Source: Yuukianura sp. NJ FZ-2021
Taxonomy: Eukaryota
DNA: 64,000 bases
Assembly: GCA_046563655.1 (NCBI GenBank)
Contig: CM102286.1
Span: 7,874,001-7,938,000 of the forward strand
Direction of reading: 5' to 3'
The notes beneath the pieces were generated by a model. It had not been told where the DNA came from. It did not search any database and saw only the letters and a list, made by a program, of their open reading frames with translations. The position numbers and the translations under genes are program-made. Of this stretch, positions 14,852-27,406 are shown piece after piece; position 1 is the stretch's first letter, and every line of letters starts with the position of its first letter.

Positions 14852-17800
14852 AATTTCTGAAAATTTTACGGAAGGGACCCCTGAGGGTCCCCTCCAAGCT
14901 GCCACTAAGTCCTGTTCAAATTTCAAAGAAATGAATTTTTCCGAAACCCAAAAATGTGAAAATTTTTTGAAAGTTTTCGGAAAATTCAAAGTACTGACCA
15001 CGCCCAAAGTCCAGAATGTTTGCAAATTTTATGGAAGGGACCCCTGAGGGTCCCCTCCAAGCTGCCACTAAGTCCTGTTCAAATTTCAAGGAAATGAATT
15101 TTTCCGAAACCCAAAAATGTGAAATTTTTTTCAAAGTTTTCGGAAAATTCAAAGTACTGACCACGCCCAGAATCCAGAAATTCTGAAAATTTTATGGAAG
15201 GAACCCTTAAGGGTCTCCTCCAAGCGGACACTAAGTACTGTGGAAATTTCAAAGAAATGAATTTTTCCGAAACCCAAAAATGTGAAAATTTTTTGAAAGT
15301 TTTCGGAAAATTCAAAGTACTGACCACGCCCAAAGTCCAGAATTTTTGAAAATTTTATGGAAGGGACCCCTGAGGGTCCCCTCCAAGCTGCCACTAAGTC
15401 CTGTTCAAATTTCAAAGAAATGAATTTTTCCGAAACCCAAAAATGTGAAAATTTTTTGAAAGTTTTCGGAAAATTCAAAGTACTGACCACGCCCAAAGTC
15501 CAGAATGTTTGCAAATTTTATGGAAGGGACCCCTGAGGGTCCCCTCCAAGTTGCCACTAAGTCCTGTTCAAATTTCAAAGAAATGAATTTTTCCGAAACC
15601 CAAAAATGTGAAATTTTTTTGAAAGTTTTCGGAAAATTCAAAGTACTGACCACGCCCAAAGTCTAGAATTTTTGAAAATTTTACGGAAGGGACCCCTGAG
15701 GGTCCCCTCCAAGCTGCCACTAAGTCCTGTTCAAATTTCAAAGAAATGAATTTTTCCGAAACCCAAAAATGTGAAAATTTTTTGAAAGTTTTCGGAAAAT
15801 TCAAAGTACTGACCACGCCCAAAGTCCAGAATGTTTGCAAATTTTATGGAAGGGACCCCTGAGGGTCCCCTCCAAGCTGCCACTAAGTCCTGTTCAAATT
15901 TCAAGGAAATGAATTTTTCCGAAACCCAAAAATGTGAAATTTTTTGAAAGTTTTCGGAAAATTCAAAGTACTGACCACGCCCAAAGTCCAGAATTTTTGC
16001 AAATTTTATGGAAGGGACCCCTGAGGGAGGGTCCCCTCCAAGCTGCCACTAAGTCCTGTTCAAATTTCAAGGAAATGAATTTTTCCGAAACCCAAAAATG
16101 TGAAATTTTTTTGAAAGTTTTCGGAAAATTCAAAGTACTGACCACGCCCAAAGTCTAGAATTTTTGAAAATTTTACGGAAGGGACCCCTGAGGGTCCCCT
16201 CCAAGCTGCCACTAAGTCCTGTTCAAATTTCAAAGAAATGAATTTTTCCGAAACCCAAAAATGTGAAAATTTTTTGAAAGTTTTCGGAAAATTCAAAGTA
16301 CTGACCACGCCCAAAGTCCAGAATGTTTGCAAATTTTATGGAAGGGACCCCTGAGGGTCCCCTCCAAGTTGCCACTAAGTCCTGTTCAAATTTCAAAGAA
16401 ATGAATTTTTCCGAAACCCAAAAATGTGAAATTTTTTTGAAAGTTTTCGGAAAATTCAAAGTACTGACCACGCCCAAAGTCTAGAATTTTTGAAAATTTT
16501 ACGGAAGGGACCCCTGAGGGTCCCCTCCAAGCTGCCACTAAGTCCTGTTCAAATTTCAAAGAAATGAATTTTTCCGAAACCCAAAAATGTGAAAATTTTT
16601 TGAAAGTTTTCGGAAAATTCAAAGTACTGACCACGCCCAAAGTCCAGAATGTTTGCAAATTTTATGGAAGGGACCCCTGAGGGTCCCCTCCAAGCTGCCA
16701 CTAAGTCCTGTTCAAATTTCAAGGAAATGAATTTTTCCGAAACCCAAAAATGTGAAATTTTTTGAAAGTTTTCGGAAAATTCAAAGTACTGACCACGCCC
16801 AAAGTCCAGAATTTTTGAAAATTTTATGGAAGGGACCCCTGAGGGTCCCCTCCAAGTGGCCACTAAGTCCTGTTCAAATTTCAAAGAAATGAATTTTTCC
16901 GGAACCCAAAAATGTGAAATTTTTTTGAAAGTTTTCGGAAAATTCAAAGTACTGACCACGCCCAAAGTCCAGAATTTCTGAAAATTTTATGGAAGGGACC
17001 CCTGAGGGTCCCCTCCAAGTTGATACTAAGTCCTGTTCAAATTTCAAAGAAATGAATTTTTCCGAAACCCAAAAATGTGAAATTTTTTTGAAAGTTTTCG
17101 GAAAATTCAAAGTACTGACCACGCCCAAAGTCTAGAATTTTTGAAAATTTTACGGAAGGGACCCCTGAGGGTCCCCTCCAAGCTGCCACTAAGTCCTGTT
17201 CAAATTTCAAAGAAATGAATTTTTCCGAAACCCAAAAATGTGAAAATTTTTTGAAAGTTTTCGGAAAATTCAAAGTACTGACCACGCCCAAAGTCCAGAA
17301 TGTTTGCAAATTTTATGGAAGGGACCCCTGAGGGAGGGTCCCCTCCAAGCTGCCACTAAGTCCTGTTCAAATTTCAAGGAAATGAATTTTTCCGAAACCC
17401 AAAAATGTGAAATTTTTTTCAAAGTTTTCGGAAAATTCAAAGTACTGACCACGCCCAAAATCCAGAAATTCTGAAAATTTTATGGAAGGAACCCTTAAGG
17501 GTCTCCTCCAAGCGGACACTAAGTCCTGTTCAAATTTCAAAGAAATGAATTTTTCCGAAACCCAAAAATGTGAAAATTTTTTGAAAGTTTTCGGAAAATT
17601 CAAAGTACTGACCTCGCCCAAAATCCAGAAATTCTGAAAATTTTATGGAAGGAACCCTTAAGGGTCTCCTCCAAGCGGACACTAAGTACTGTGGAAATTT
17701 CAAAGAAATGAATTTTTCCGAAACCCAAAAATGTGAAAATTTTTTGAAAGTTTTCGGAAAATTCAAAGTACTGACCACGCCCAAAGTCTAGAATTTTTGA

Positions 17801-18410
17801 AAATTTTATGGAAGGGACCCCTGAGGGTCCCCTCCAAGCTGCCACTAAGTCCTATTCAAATTTCAAAGAAATGAATTTTTCCGAAACCCAAAAATGTGAA
17901 AATTTTTTGAAAGTTTTCGGAAAATTCAAAGTACTGACCACGCCCAAAGTCCGGAACGTTTGAAAATTTTATGAAAGGGACCCCTGAGGGTCCCCTCCAA
18001 GCAGACACTAAGTACTGTGGGAATTTCAAAGAAATGAATTTTTCCGAAACCAAAAATGTGAAAATTTTTTGAAAGTTTTCGGAAAATTCAAAGTACTGAC
18101 CACGCCCAAAGTCCAGAATGTTTGCAAATTTTATGGAAGGGACCCCTGAGGATCCCCTCCTAGCTGCCACTAAGTCCTGTTCAAATTTCAAAGAAATGAA
18201 TTTTTCCGAAACCCAAAAATGTGAAAATTTTTTGAAAGTTTTCGGAAAATTCAAAGTACTGACCACGCACAAAATCCAGAAATTCTGAAAATTTTATGGA
18301 AGGAACCCTTAAGGGTCTCCTCCAAGCGCACACTAAGTACTGTGGAAATTTCAGAGAAATGAATTTTTCCGAAACCCAAAAATGTGAAAATTTTTTGAAA
18401 GTTTTCGAAA
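14852..18410. repeat. Satellite array A, ~163-bp unit, about 22 copies
   Basis: GGGACCCCTGAGGGTCCC (or its variant) recurs at 14874, 15037, 15200, 15363 and onward (period 163). Confidence 0.97.
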
Positions 18411-18419
18411 ATTTAAATA

Positions 18420-18872
18420 TTTCAGTGATCTACAAAAAATTTTCAGTGATCGATCAGTGATGATTTTTCAGTGATTAATGAAAAATTTTAAACTGATGAT
18501 TTAGCAGTGATCACTGAAAAATTGACAATTTTTCAATAATCACAGAAAAATAAACATTGATCAGTGAAAAATCAGCAGTGATTACTGAAAAATAGTGGGT
18601 GATCGCTGCAAATTTGTGGTCACTAAAAAATCATCAGTGCTCACTGAAAATTTGTTTAGTTGGTCACTGAAAAATCATCAGTGATCACTGAAAGCATTTT
18701 GGTGGTCACTGAAAAATCATCAATGTTCACTGAAAAGTTTTTACTCTTCAGTGAAGAGTTTTTGGTGGTCACTGCAAAATCACCAGTGGTCACAGAAAAC
18801 TTTTTAGTGGTCACAAAAATCTACAATTTATGAATTTGAAAATTCGTGTATCACGGAAAAATCATCACTGAT
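18420..18872. repeat. Short degenerate repeats of CAGTGAT / TCACTG forming a loosely self-inverted spacer
   Basis: Left part dominated by tcagtgat, right part by ggtcactgaaaa; CAGTGATCACTG palindromes. Confidence 0.7.
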
Positions 18873-18937
18873 GCCTAATCACTTCCAATGTTGATTAATT
18901 AGTGGTAATTTTAACTTTAGGAAAGATGAACTTTATG

Positions 18938-19260
18938 CGTGGTCAGTACTTTGAATTTTCCGAAAACTTTCAAAAAAATTTCACATTTTTGGGTTTCGGA
19001 AAAATTCATTTCTTTGAAATTTGAACAGGACTTAGAGGCAGCTTGGAGAGGACCCTCAGGGGTCCCTTCCATAAAATTTTCAAAAATTCTGGACTTTGGG
19101 CGTGGTCAGTACTTTGAATTTTCCGAAAACTTTCAAAAAATTTTCAAATTGTTGGGTTCCGGAAAACTTCATTTCTTTGAAATTTCCATAGGACTTAGTG
19201 CCCACTTGGAAGGGACCCTCAAGGGTCCCTTCCATAAAAATTTCAAAAATTTTTCTGGAA
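18938..19260. repeat. Two inverted copies of satellite A, the second drifting towards satellite B
   Basis: gcgtggtcagtactttgaattttccgaaaac... is the reverse complement of the array A unit. Confidence 0.92.
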
Positions 19261-22200
19261 GTGCGTGGCCAGCACTTAAGTTTTTCACAAAAAATTTCCC
19301 TTTTTCTGGAGTTTACAACCTCGGAGAAAGTGTTCAACGCATAAATCTACCTCGGAATGGGTACCCACGAGAAGGGACCTTTCTTGGGTACCTTCGTTAA
19401 AAATTTCAAAAATTTTTACTGGAAGGGCGTGGCAAGCACTTAAGTTTTTCTTCAAAAACATCGACTTTTTCTGGAGTTTACAACCTCGGAGAAAGTGTTT
19501 AACGCTTAAATCTACCTCGGAAAGGGTACCCACGAGAAGGTACCTTTCTTGGGTACCTTCGTTAAAAATTTCAAAAATTTTTACTGGAAGGGCGTGGCAA
19601 GCACTTAAGTTTTTCTTCAAAAACATCGACTTTTTCTGGAGTTTACAACCTCGGAGAAAGTGTTTAACGCTTAAATCTACCTCGGAAAGGGTACCCACGA
19701 GAAGGTACCTCCCTTGGGTACCTTCCTTAAAAATTTCAAAAATTTTTACTTAAGTTTTTCTTCAAAAACATCGACTTTTTCTGGAGTTTACAACCTCGGA
19801 GAAAGTGTTTAACGCTTAAATCTACCTCGGAATTGGTACCCACGAGAAGGTACCTCCCTTGGGTACCTTCCTTAAAAATTTCAAAAATTTTTACTGGAAG
19901 GGCGTGGCCAGCACTTAAGTTTTTTTCCAAAAAATTTTCCCTTTTTTTGCAATTTTCAACCTCGGAGAAAGTGTTTGACGCTGAAATCTACCTCGGAATG
20001 GGTACCCACGAGAAGGTACCTCCCTTGGGTACCTTCGTTAAAAATTTCAAAATTTTTAATGGAAGGGCGTGGCCAGCACTTAAGTTTTTTTCAAAAATTT
20101 CCCCTTTTTTTCCACTTTTCAACCTCGGAGCAAGTGTTCAAGGCTTAAATCTACCTCGGAATGGGTACCCACAAGAAGGTACCTCCCTTGGGTACCTTCG
20201 TTAAAAATTTCAAAATTTTTACTGGAAGGGCGTGGCCAGCACTTAAGTTTTTCTTCAAAAACATCGACTTTTTCTGGAGTTTACAACCTCGGAGAAAGTG
20301 TTTAACGCTTAAATCTACCTCGGAAAGGGTACCCACGAGAAGGTACCTCCCTTGGGTACCTTCCTTAAAAATTTCAAAAATTTTTACTTAAGTTTTTCTT
20401 CAAAAACATCGACTTTTTCTGGAGTTTACAACCTCGGAGAAAGTGTTTAACGCTTAAATCTACCTCGGAATTGGTACCCACGAGAAGGTACCTCCCTTGG
20501 GTACCTTCCTTAAAAATTTCAAAAATTTTTACTGGAAGGGCGTGGCCAGCACTTAAGTTTTTTTCCAAAAAATTTTCCCTTTTTTTGCAATTTTCAACCT
20601 CGGAGAAAGTGTTTGACGCTGAAATCTACCTCGGAATGGGTACCCACGAGAAGGTACCTCCCTTGGGTACCTTCCTTAAAAATTTCAAAAATTTTTACTG
20701 GAAGGGCGTGGCCAGCACTTAAGTTTTTTTCCAAAAAATTTCCCCTGTTTTTTGCAATTTTCAACCTCGGAGAAAGTGTTTAACGCTGAAATCTACCTCG
20801 GAATGGGTACCCACGAGAAGGTACCTCCCTTGGGTACCTTCGTTAAAAATTTCAAAAATTTTTACTGGAAGGGCGTGGCAAGCACTTAAGTTTTTCTTCA
20901 AAAACATCGACTTTTTCTGGAGTTTACAACCTCGGAGAAAGTGTTTAACGCTTAAATCTACCTCGGAAAGGGTACCCACGAGAAGGTACCTCCCTTGGGT
21001 ACCTTCCTTAAAAATTTCAAAAATTTTTACTTAAGTTTTTCTTCAAAAACATCGACTTTTTCTGGAGTTTACAACCTCGGAGAAAGTGTTTAACGCTTAA
21101 ATCTACCTCGGAATTGGTACCCACGAGAAGGTACCTCCCTTGGGTACCTTCCTTAAAAATTTCAAAAATTTTTACTGGAAGGGCGTGGCAAGCACTTAAG
21201 TTTTTCTTCAAAAACATCGACTTTTTCTGGAGTTTACAACCTCGGAGAAAGTGTTTAACGCTTAAATCTACCTCGGAAAGGGTACCCACGAGAAGGTACC
21301 TCCCTTGGGTACCTTCCTTAAAAATTTCAAAAATTTTTACTTAAGTTTTTCTTCAAAAACATCGACTTTTTCTGGAGTTTACAACCTCGGAGAAAGTGTT
21401 TAACGCTTAAATCTACCTCGGAATTGGTACCCACGAGAAGGTACCTCCCTTGGGTACCTTCCTTAAAAATTTCAAAAATTTTTACTGGAAGGGCGTGGCC
21501 AGCACTTAAGTTTTTTTCCAAAAAATTTTCCCTTTTTTTGCAATTTTCAACCTCGGAGAAAGTGTTTGACGCTGAAATCTACCTCGGAATGGGTACCCAC
21601 GAGAAGGTACCTCCCTTGGGTACCTTCCTTAAAAATTTCAAAAATTTTTACTGGAAGGGCGTGGCAAGCACTTAAGTTTTTCTTCAAAAACATCGACTTT
21701 TTCTGGAGTTTACAACCTCGGAGAAAGTGTTTAACGCTTAAATCTACCTCGGAAAGGGTACCCACGAGAAGGTACCTTTCTTGGGTACCTTCCTTAAAAA
21801 TTTCAAAAATTTTTACTGGAAGGGCGTGGCAAGCACTTAAGTTTTTCTTCAAAAACATCGACTTTTTCTGGAGTTTACAACCTCGGAGAAAGTGTTTAAC
21901 GCTTAAATCTACCTCGGAAAGGGTACCCACGAGAAGGTACCTCCCTTGGGTACCTTCCTTAAAAATTTCAAAAATTTTTACTTAAGTTTTTCTTCAAAAA
22001 CATCGACTTTTTCTGGAGTTTACAACCTCGGAGAAAGTGTTTAACGCTTAAATCTACCTCGGAATTGGTACCCACGAGAAGGTACCTCCCTTGGGTACCT
22101 TCCTTAAAAATTTCAAAAATTTTTACTGGAAGGGCGTGGCCAGCACTTAAGTTTTTTTCCAAAAAATTTTCCCCTTTTTTGCAATTTTCAACCTCGGAGA

Positions 22201-23262
22201 AAGTGTTTGACGCTGAAATCTACCTCGGAATGGGTACCCACGAGAAGGTACCTCCCTTGGGTACCTTCCTTAAAAACTTCGAAATTTTCACTTGAAGGGC
22301 GTGGCCAGCACTTAAGTTTTTTTCAAAAATTTCCCCTTTTTTTTGCACTTTTCAACCTCGGAGAAAGTGTTAAACACTTTAATCTACCTCGGAATGGGTA
22401 CCCACGAGAAGGTACCTCCCTTGGGTACCTTCGTTAAAAATTTCAAAAATTTTTACTGGAAGGGCGTGGCAAGCACTTAAGTTTTTCTTCAAAAACATCG
22501 ACTTTTTCTGGAGTTTACAACCTCGGAGAAAGTGTTTAACGCTTAAATCTACCTCGGAATTGGTACCCACGAGAAGGTACCTCCCTTGGGTACCTTCGTT
22601 AAAAATTTCAAAAATTTTTACTGGAAGGGCGTGGCAAGCACTTAAGTTTTTCTTCAAAAACATCGACTTTTTCTGGAGTTTACAACCTCGGAGAAAGTGT
22701 TTAACGCTTAAATCTACCTCGGAATTGGTACCCACGAGAAGGTACCTTTCTTGGGTACCTTCGTTAAAAATTTCAAAAATTTTTACTGGAAGGGCGTGGC
22801 AAGCACTTAAGTTTTTCTTCAAAAACATCGACTTTTTCTGGAGTTTACAACCTCGGAGAAAGTGTTTAACGCTTAAATCTACCTCGGAAAGGGTACCCAC
22901 GAGAAGGTACCTCCCTTGGGTACCTTCCTTAAAAATTTCAAAAATTTTTACTTAAGTTTTTCTTCAAAAACATCGACTTTTTCTGGAGTTTACAACCTCG
23001 GAGAAAGTGTTTAACGCTTAAATCTACCTCGGAATTGGTACCCACGAGAAGGTACCTCCCTTGGGTACCTTCCTTAAAAATTTCAAAAATTTTTACTGGA
23101 AGGGCGTGGCCAGCACTTAAGTTTTTTTCCAAAAAATTTTCCCTTTTTTTGCAATTTTCAACCTCGGAGAAAGTGTTTGACGCTGAAATCTACCTCGGAA
23201 TGGGTACCCACGAGAAGGTACCTCCCTTGGGTACCTTTCTTAAAAATTACAAAAATTTTTAA
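19261..23262. repeat. Satellite array B, ~165-bp unit with 145-bp deletion variants, about 25 copies
   Basis: GTACCCACGAG recurs at 19361, 19526, 19691, 19836, 20002 and onward (periods 165, 165, 145, 166). Confidence 0.97.
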
Positions 23263-23768
23263 TGGAGTAAATTTAAAGCAATTTTTGCAATAAATTGCCA
23301 GCTACACTTCCTGCTTCTGCTAATTAATGTAAGTTAGTTGAGTTTTATATTTTACTACATTTAAGTAAATTAGAAAATACTTCCGATGCCCATATGCGAT
23401 TTTGCATTGCTTCGGCTGCATGGTATCACGTAATCTGAAAATAGGGTGAAAGTCCATAGTTAACTATGGGAGAAAGCCATAGTTAACTCCAAATGGACAC
23501 CGATCCTCCAGAATTATTTTACCTCTCTTACTCTTCCCTCCAGGTTAACTTTTTTGCTTTTAGTTAATTCGAAAAGTGCAACTGGTTTTTTAATTAAAAC
23601 CGATTGAGTGAAGAAATCCAATCAAACGTGGAACTGAAGCAATAACTAAGGTAAGTCAGTTTTGGATACATTTGCATCCTTTCTAAAAATAAGCAATAAG
23701 TTATGTAAAATTAACCAATTTAAGCATGCACTGATTGAAGTTAATTTTCTTGCAGGCATTAATCGACC

Positions 23769-24255
23769 ATGCCGAAGAGGCTAGTTCCAGAGGAGAGAGC
23801 TTTCGTCGTCGAATGTTTTTTTTCGTTGTGCTGGAAAAGACTGTCACGGAATTGCTCATGTCCAGAAGAAATTTCAGGAAAAATTTGGGAAAGTCGTCAA
23901 TGGACGAACACTGATGCTAAACGGAAAGAAATTTCACGAACACTTCGACACGAAAGACCGTCGCTCTGGACCGAAGGTACCGGATTCTACTATCGAGAAT
24001 TTGGACAAATTTCGGAAATTGGTTACCGATAGCCCTCAAATCCCTCTCCGCACAGTGACCAAGCAACTGAATGTTGGGTACGTTGTAATTTTTCAGAATT
24101 TTATAATGTAAATTTGTCTAAATTTTGAAAATCAACATTTGCCTTTTTTAAAAAAAATGTTTTTTTGTTTACTACCTTAGCGTTGGAAGATGAAAAAGAA
24201 ACTGAAGCGCAAATTGGTCATAACCGACGAGACAGTAATTACACAGAAACATTAA
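23769..24255 (+). pseudogene. Truncated, frameshifted Tc1/mariner-type transposase N-terminus
   Basis: MPKRLVPEERAFVVECFF; removing one T from the T8 run continues RCAGKDCHGIAHVQKKFQEKFGKVVNGRTLMLNGKKFHEHFDTKDRRSGPK...ENLDKFRKLVTDSPQIPLRTVTKQLNV, resembling HTH regions of mariner-like transposases; a later KLVITDET fragment; no full DDE domain. Confidence 0.6.
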
Positions 24256-25148
24256 GGGAAAAATCAAAATATGGTCCACTTCTCGTCCAACTAAAGTCAA
24301 CCCTTGCCTGTCAACTGATAAGGATACGTTATAGTTTTGATCTGCTACCTTTTTGGTCTACTGATTCTATTCCTGACTATAAGATGCTTGACACTACAAA
24401 TTAACCATGAAAATTAAATAAATTCATTCCAGTTAGTTACTGCAGAAATTGGTTATTTCTAAATTTTTGTAGCGATTTTTTGAAAAGCAAACCAAGCAGT
24501 TTCACCAAAAACAAAATAAAAGGTTTTAAAATTAACTCATTTGTCCAACTCTGATCTTTGATTTCCTATCCGGTGAACTTCGGGTGAGGTGGGGCCTCTC
24601 CCTCTCACCACTTTGTTTACAAATTTCTTGTAGTTTACCACTGAACGGCCGGTAGTTGTTTTTTTTTTGAAATTTTAGTAATAGCTTTCGGTTCGCGTAA
24701 GGTTAAGGAAAATCATTGTACTCATGCAGCGGAGCCAATTTCCGGTTAGGTCTCACTAGTGGCTACACTTTAGGGCTAGTTACGTTGCCAGTTTCGGTTA
24801 GGTATTTCTAAGTTCAGGATACGGCAAATGTTGCCACTAGGTGAAGCCTTCTGTCTAATCATACAAGATGGCCGGGTGGCTACACTATATCGTTAGCCCT
24901 TACCTCAGCTCCACTTTAATTTAATTTTCAACTTCAAAACATAACAAATTCCCGCCTGCCAATAACTCAGTAAGAGGTGAGCGTCGTCAATCTGTTAAGC
25001 TAGAAATTGAAGTTAGTACATATATAATTTAAAAGTTGTGTAATAATAATAATAATTTATTTATATTAACACTGAATGATTATCAATAGCCTGTGAGTAT
25101 GAAGTCGTTGAAGGGGAGAGAACTCTATAACAGGTTCCAATTAAAATA

Positions 25149-26495
25149 GGGTGAGTGCACCTAAGTGTGATTGCGGGGCAATTGTGATCGCAGCTTATAG
25201 CATCACTGGGGTAATGAATTTTAAAATTCTAAAAAGTACACGTTGTTCAGGGGGTAACGTGCTACAAGATTTAGTGCTCGCGGGATTTTATCAGCTAATT
25301 TGCATATAAGAAAAGGTGGGTTTTACTTGTGGACCAACTCTAAACTTTTCTTTCTAATTCTCAACTTCCAAAGAGAGTTGGAATTTAAAAGGTCAAACCT
25401 TGAGGTCAGGAATCAGCTGTTCCAACAATTCTCTTCTCCTAAGCGTTAAGAAACAATGTACGTCGAGTTTCCAGTGATTCGATAGTCCAGTGTTTAGCAA
25501 CACTGGAATCACACTTTCCCCCCGATTTTTCAAAAAGTGGGGGAAGTGTGATTAGCGAAACCAGAAGGGAAAACTGATAAAACAAACATCTGATTCTGTA
25601 CTAAATTGTACAAAATTACGTACAAAACACAAACAGACGATGTGGAAGCGCCTGGACACGTGAAGCAGGACAAAATGGACTCTCAATTGCTACAGCCGCG
25701 TCCCAATTCGGCCTACCAAGAACTACACTCTTATTGAAAACGAAAGGTCGGAAAGGCAGGAAGTCAGCACTCGAAAGCGTATGTGGAGGAGGCAGAATGG
25801 CAACAATTCAATTGACCAGGAGACAGGACTGTTCGGACATGCTAAAAACGATGAACAAATTGAGATTTGGACTTGGGAAGGAGAGTTTGCCAAAGCTACA
25901 ATTTTGAAATTGCTACCTCACACTTTGTTTATCCTTCAACTGCTCGACGTTACAGTTTTTTGAGGTGTTAAGTGCAAATGGGATAGGATGCTTACGGAAT
26001 TGGCACGACATAACTATGCAACGTTACTACCAAAGTCAGTTTTTGCCAATATTTTCAGGAAAACATAAAGCGCAGTATTTCCGGACATTATCAAAAAGGG
26101 ATTCGAGAAATGCGGAATATTCAATTCTACACTTGAATTTCCAGTGAATCATAGAGCCTAGATAATGCTTAAACATTTGAATTGCAAGGTTTTGTGTTAA
26201 TGTAGAATTAAAAAACTTGAATACATAATGCTTTTCAACAGATCACACTTTCCCACAACAAAATCACACTTGCCCCATTTTGGGGGAAAGTGTGATCGGC
26301 TGTTCAAATTTTTTTAAAATTCGTTAAAACAAAGTTAGGCAGCAAGATTTAAATAAAAAATTAATTTGTCTCATTGGGGACAAGTTGTACTTAAGAGCTG
26401 ATGCTTTGGATTGGTCAAAATACGTTTAGATTGAGATATTTTGGTGCTCAAAGTCGAAACTCAGAAAAAACGATCACACTTAGATGCACCGACCC
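25149..26495 (+). mobile_element. Internally deleted pogo/Fot1-like DNA transposon (1347 bp)
   Basis: TIR GGGT(GA/CG)GTGCA(C/T)CTAAGTGTGAT, TA TSD; remnants of HTH-psq (AWTREA..GLSIATAASQFGLPRTTL, ~25650-25730) and DDE_1 motif (LLPHTLFILQLLDVTVF, ~25910-25960). Confidence 0.85.
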
Positions 26496-26614
26496 TATGC
26501 ATTATCTTACATTATGCGTTTGAACCTTGGCAGGGATTCTAACATCGTTAACGTAGTTGTGCTTATTAGCTTAAATTCAAAAGCTGATTTTTCAGCCGTT
26601 ATTTAGTTAACTTA

Positions 26615-27314
26615 CCCTAATTCCTCGCCTACAAGCCGCGGCTTATCTGAGAAATTTCGAAAAATTTTGAAAACAAAATAATTTTTTTCGCTGAAATCTG
26701 AAGAATTTTGTTAAAAATCTGTAGGAATTGCTGGTAAATGTGCTAAATCCTATTTAAAACGGTTTTCATCTAATGTTAATTCATCAAATCCACCATTTTT
26801 GCCACGGTTCTGGTGCCTGGCGAATCAAATTTGTACGAATTCGTGCATAATTAGAAGATTGTTTGAGGAAACTGGAAATAATTTTACTTTCACAGGGCAA
26901 CTCAGATTTTTATAATTTTCTTTCTCAACAAACTAACCTAACCTAGCCTACCAACAACATTGTTTAAGCCTTTTTTTTTAAAAGTAACCGAGTTAAGTTG
27001 CAAAACGTTGAAAAAAAATTTACATGAGCCCGTATGGGGACATTTCAATTTTCAAACTTTTTTAAAAATTTTAGTTTTTGAGAGTGTAGTAAAAAAAAAT
27101 ATAGCAGGGGTCCACAGGTATTTTAGGAAAAAATCGGAGTTACACGATGAAAGTTACACCTGACATGATGAGTTACAATTACACCTGAAACTGTACTAAT
27201 CTGTACAGTTTCCTTTTCAACTTTAAAGTTTGCGTTTTTGAGCTATCAAGGTATTTTTTAAAATTCCTTGGTGCGGCTTATACGCGAGTGCGGCTTATAG
27301 GCAAGGAATTAGGG
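26615..27314. mobile_element. pogo/Tigger-like MITE (700 bp)
   Basis: 25-bp TIR CCCTAATTCCT(C/T)GCCTA(C/T)AAGCCGC, TA on both flanks, no coding capacity. Confidence 0.88.
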
Positions 27315-27406
27315 TATTTCTATTTCCAATTGAATAATTATTATTTGTGAAATTATGTTTCAATTGTTAACTACAGCCAGAACGAAAACCAAATTCCACT
27401 CATCTC

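Larger units (their letters stand above)
14124..24652. mobile_element. 10.5-kb TA-flanked TIR element (Tc1/mariner-like, non-autonomous) carrying satellite arrays
   Basis: 32-bp TIR CCG(AAA/GCC)GTTCAGTGGTAAACTACAAGAAATTT at 14124 and inverted at 24621-24652, followed by shared GTGGTGAGAG and CTCACCCG motifs; TA directly outside both ends; transposase-like remnant at 23769-24255. Confidence 0.75.

Noticed and set aside
14832..23262. Dozens of repeated 60-170-aa ORFs (e.g. GVVSTLNFPKTFKK, GTLSEVDLSVKHFLRG)
   Set aside because: Translations of satellite units that shift frame between copies; no protein motif.
14852..23262. CRISPR-like array (palindromic repeats at regular spacing)
   Set aside because: Sequence between the palindromes is itself repeated, there are no unique spacers or cas genes, and the context is eukaryotic.
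24735..24900. GTGGCTACA / GTTGCCAC motifs also seen at ~58200-58350
   Set aside because: Possibly fragments of one dispersed repeat, but I could not define TIRs, TSDs or boundaries.
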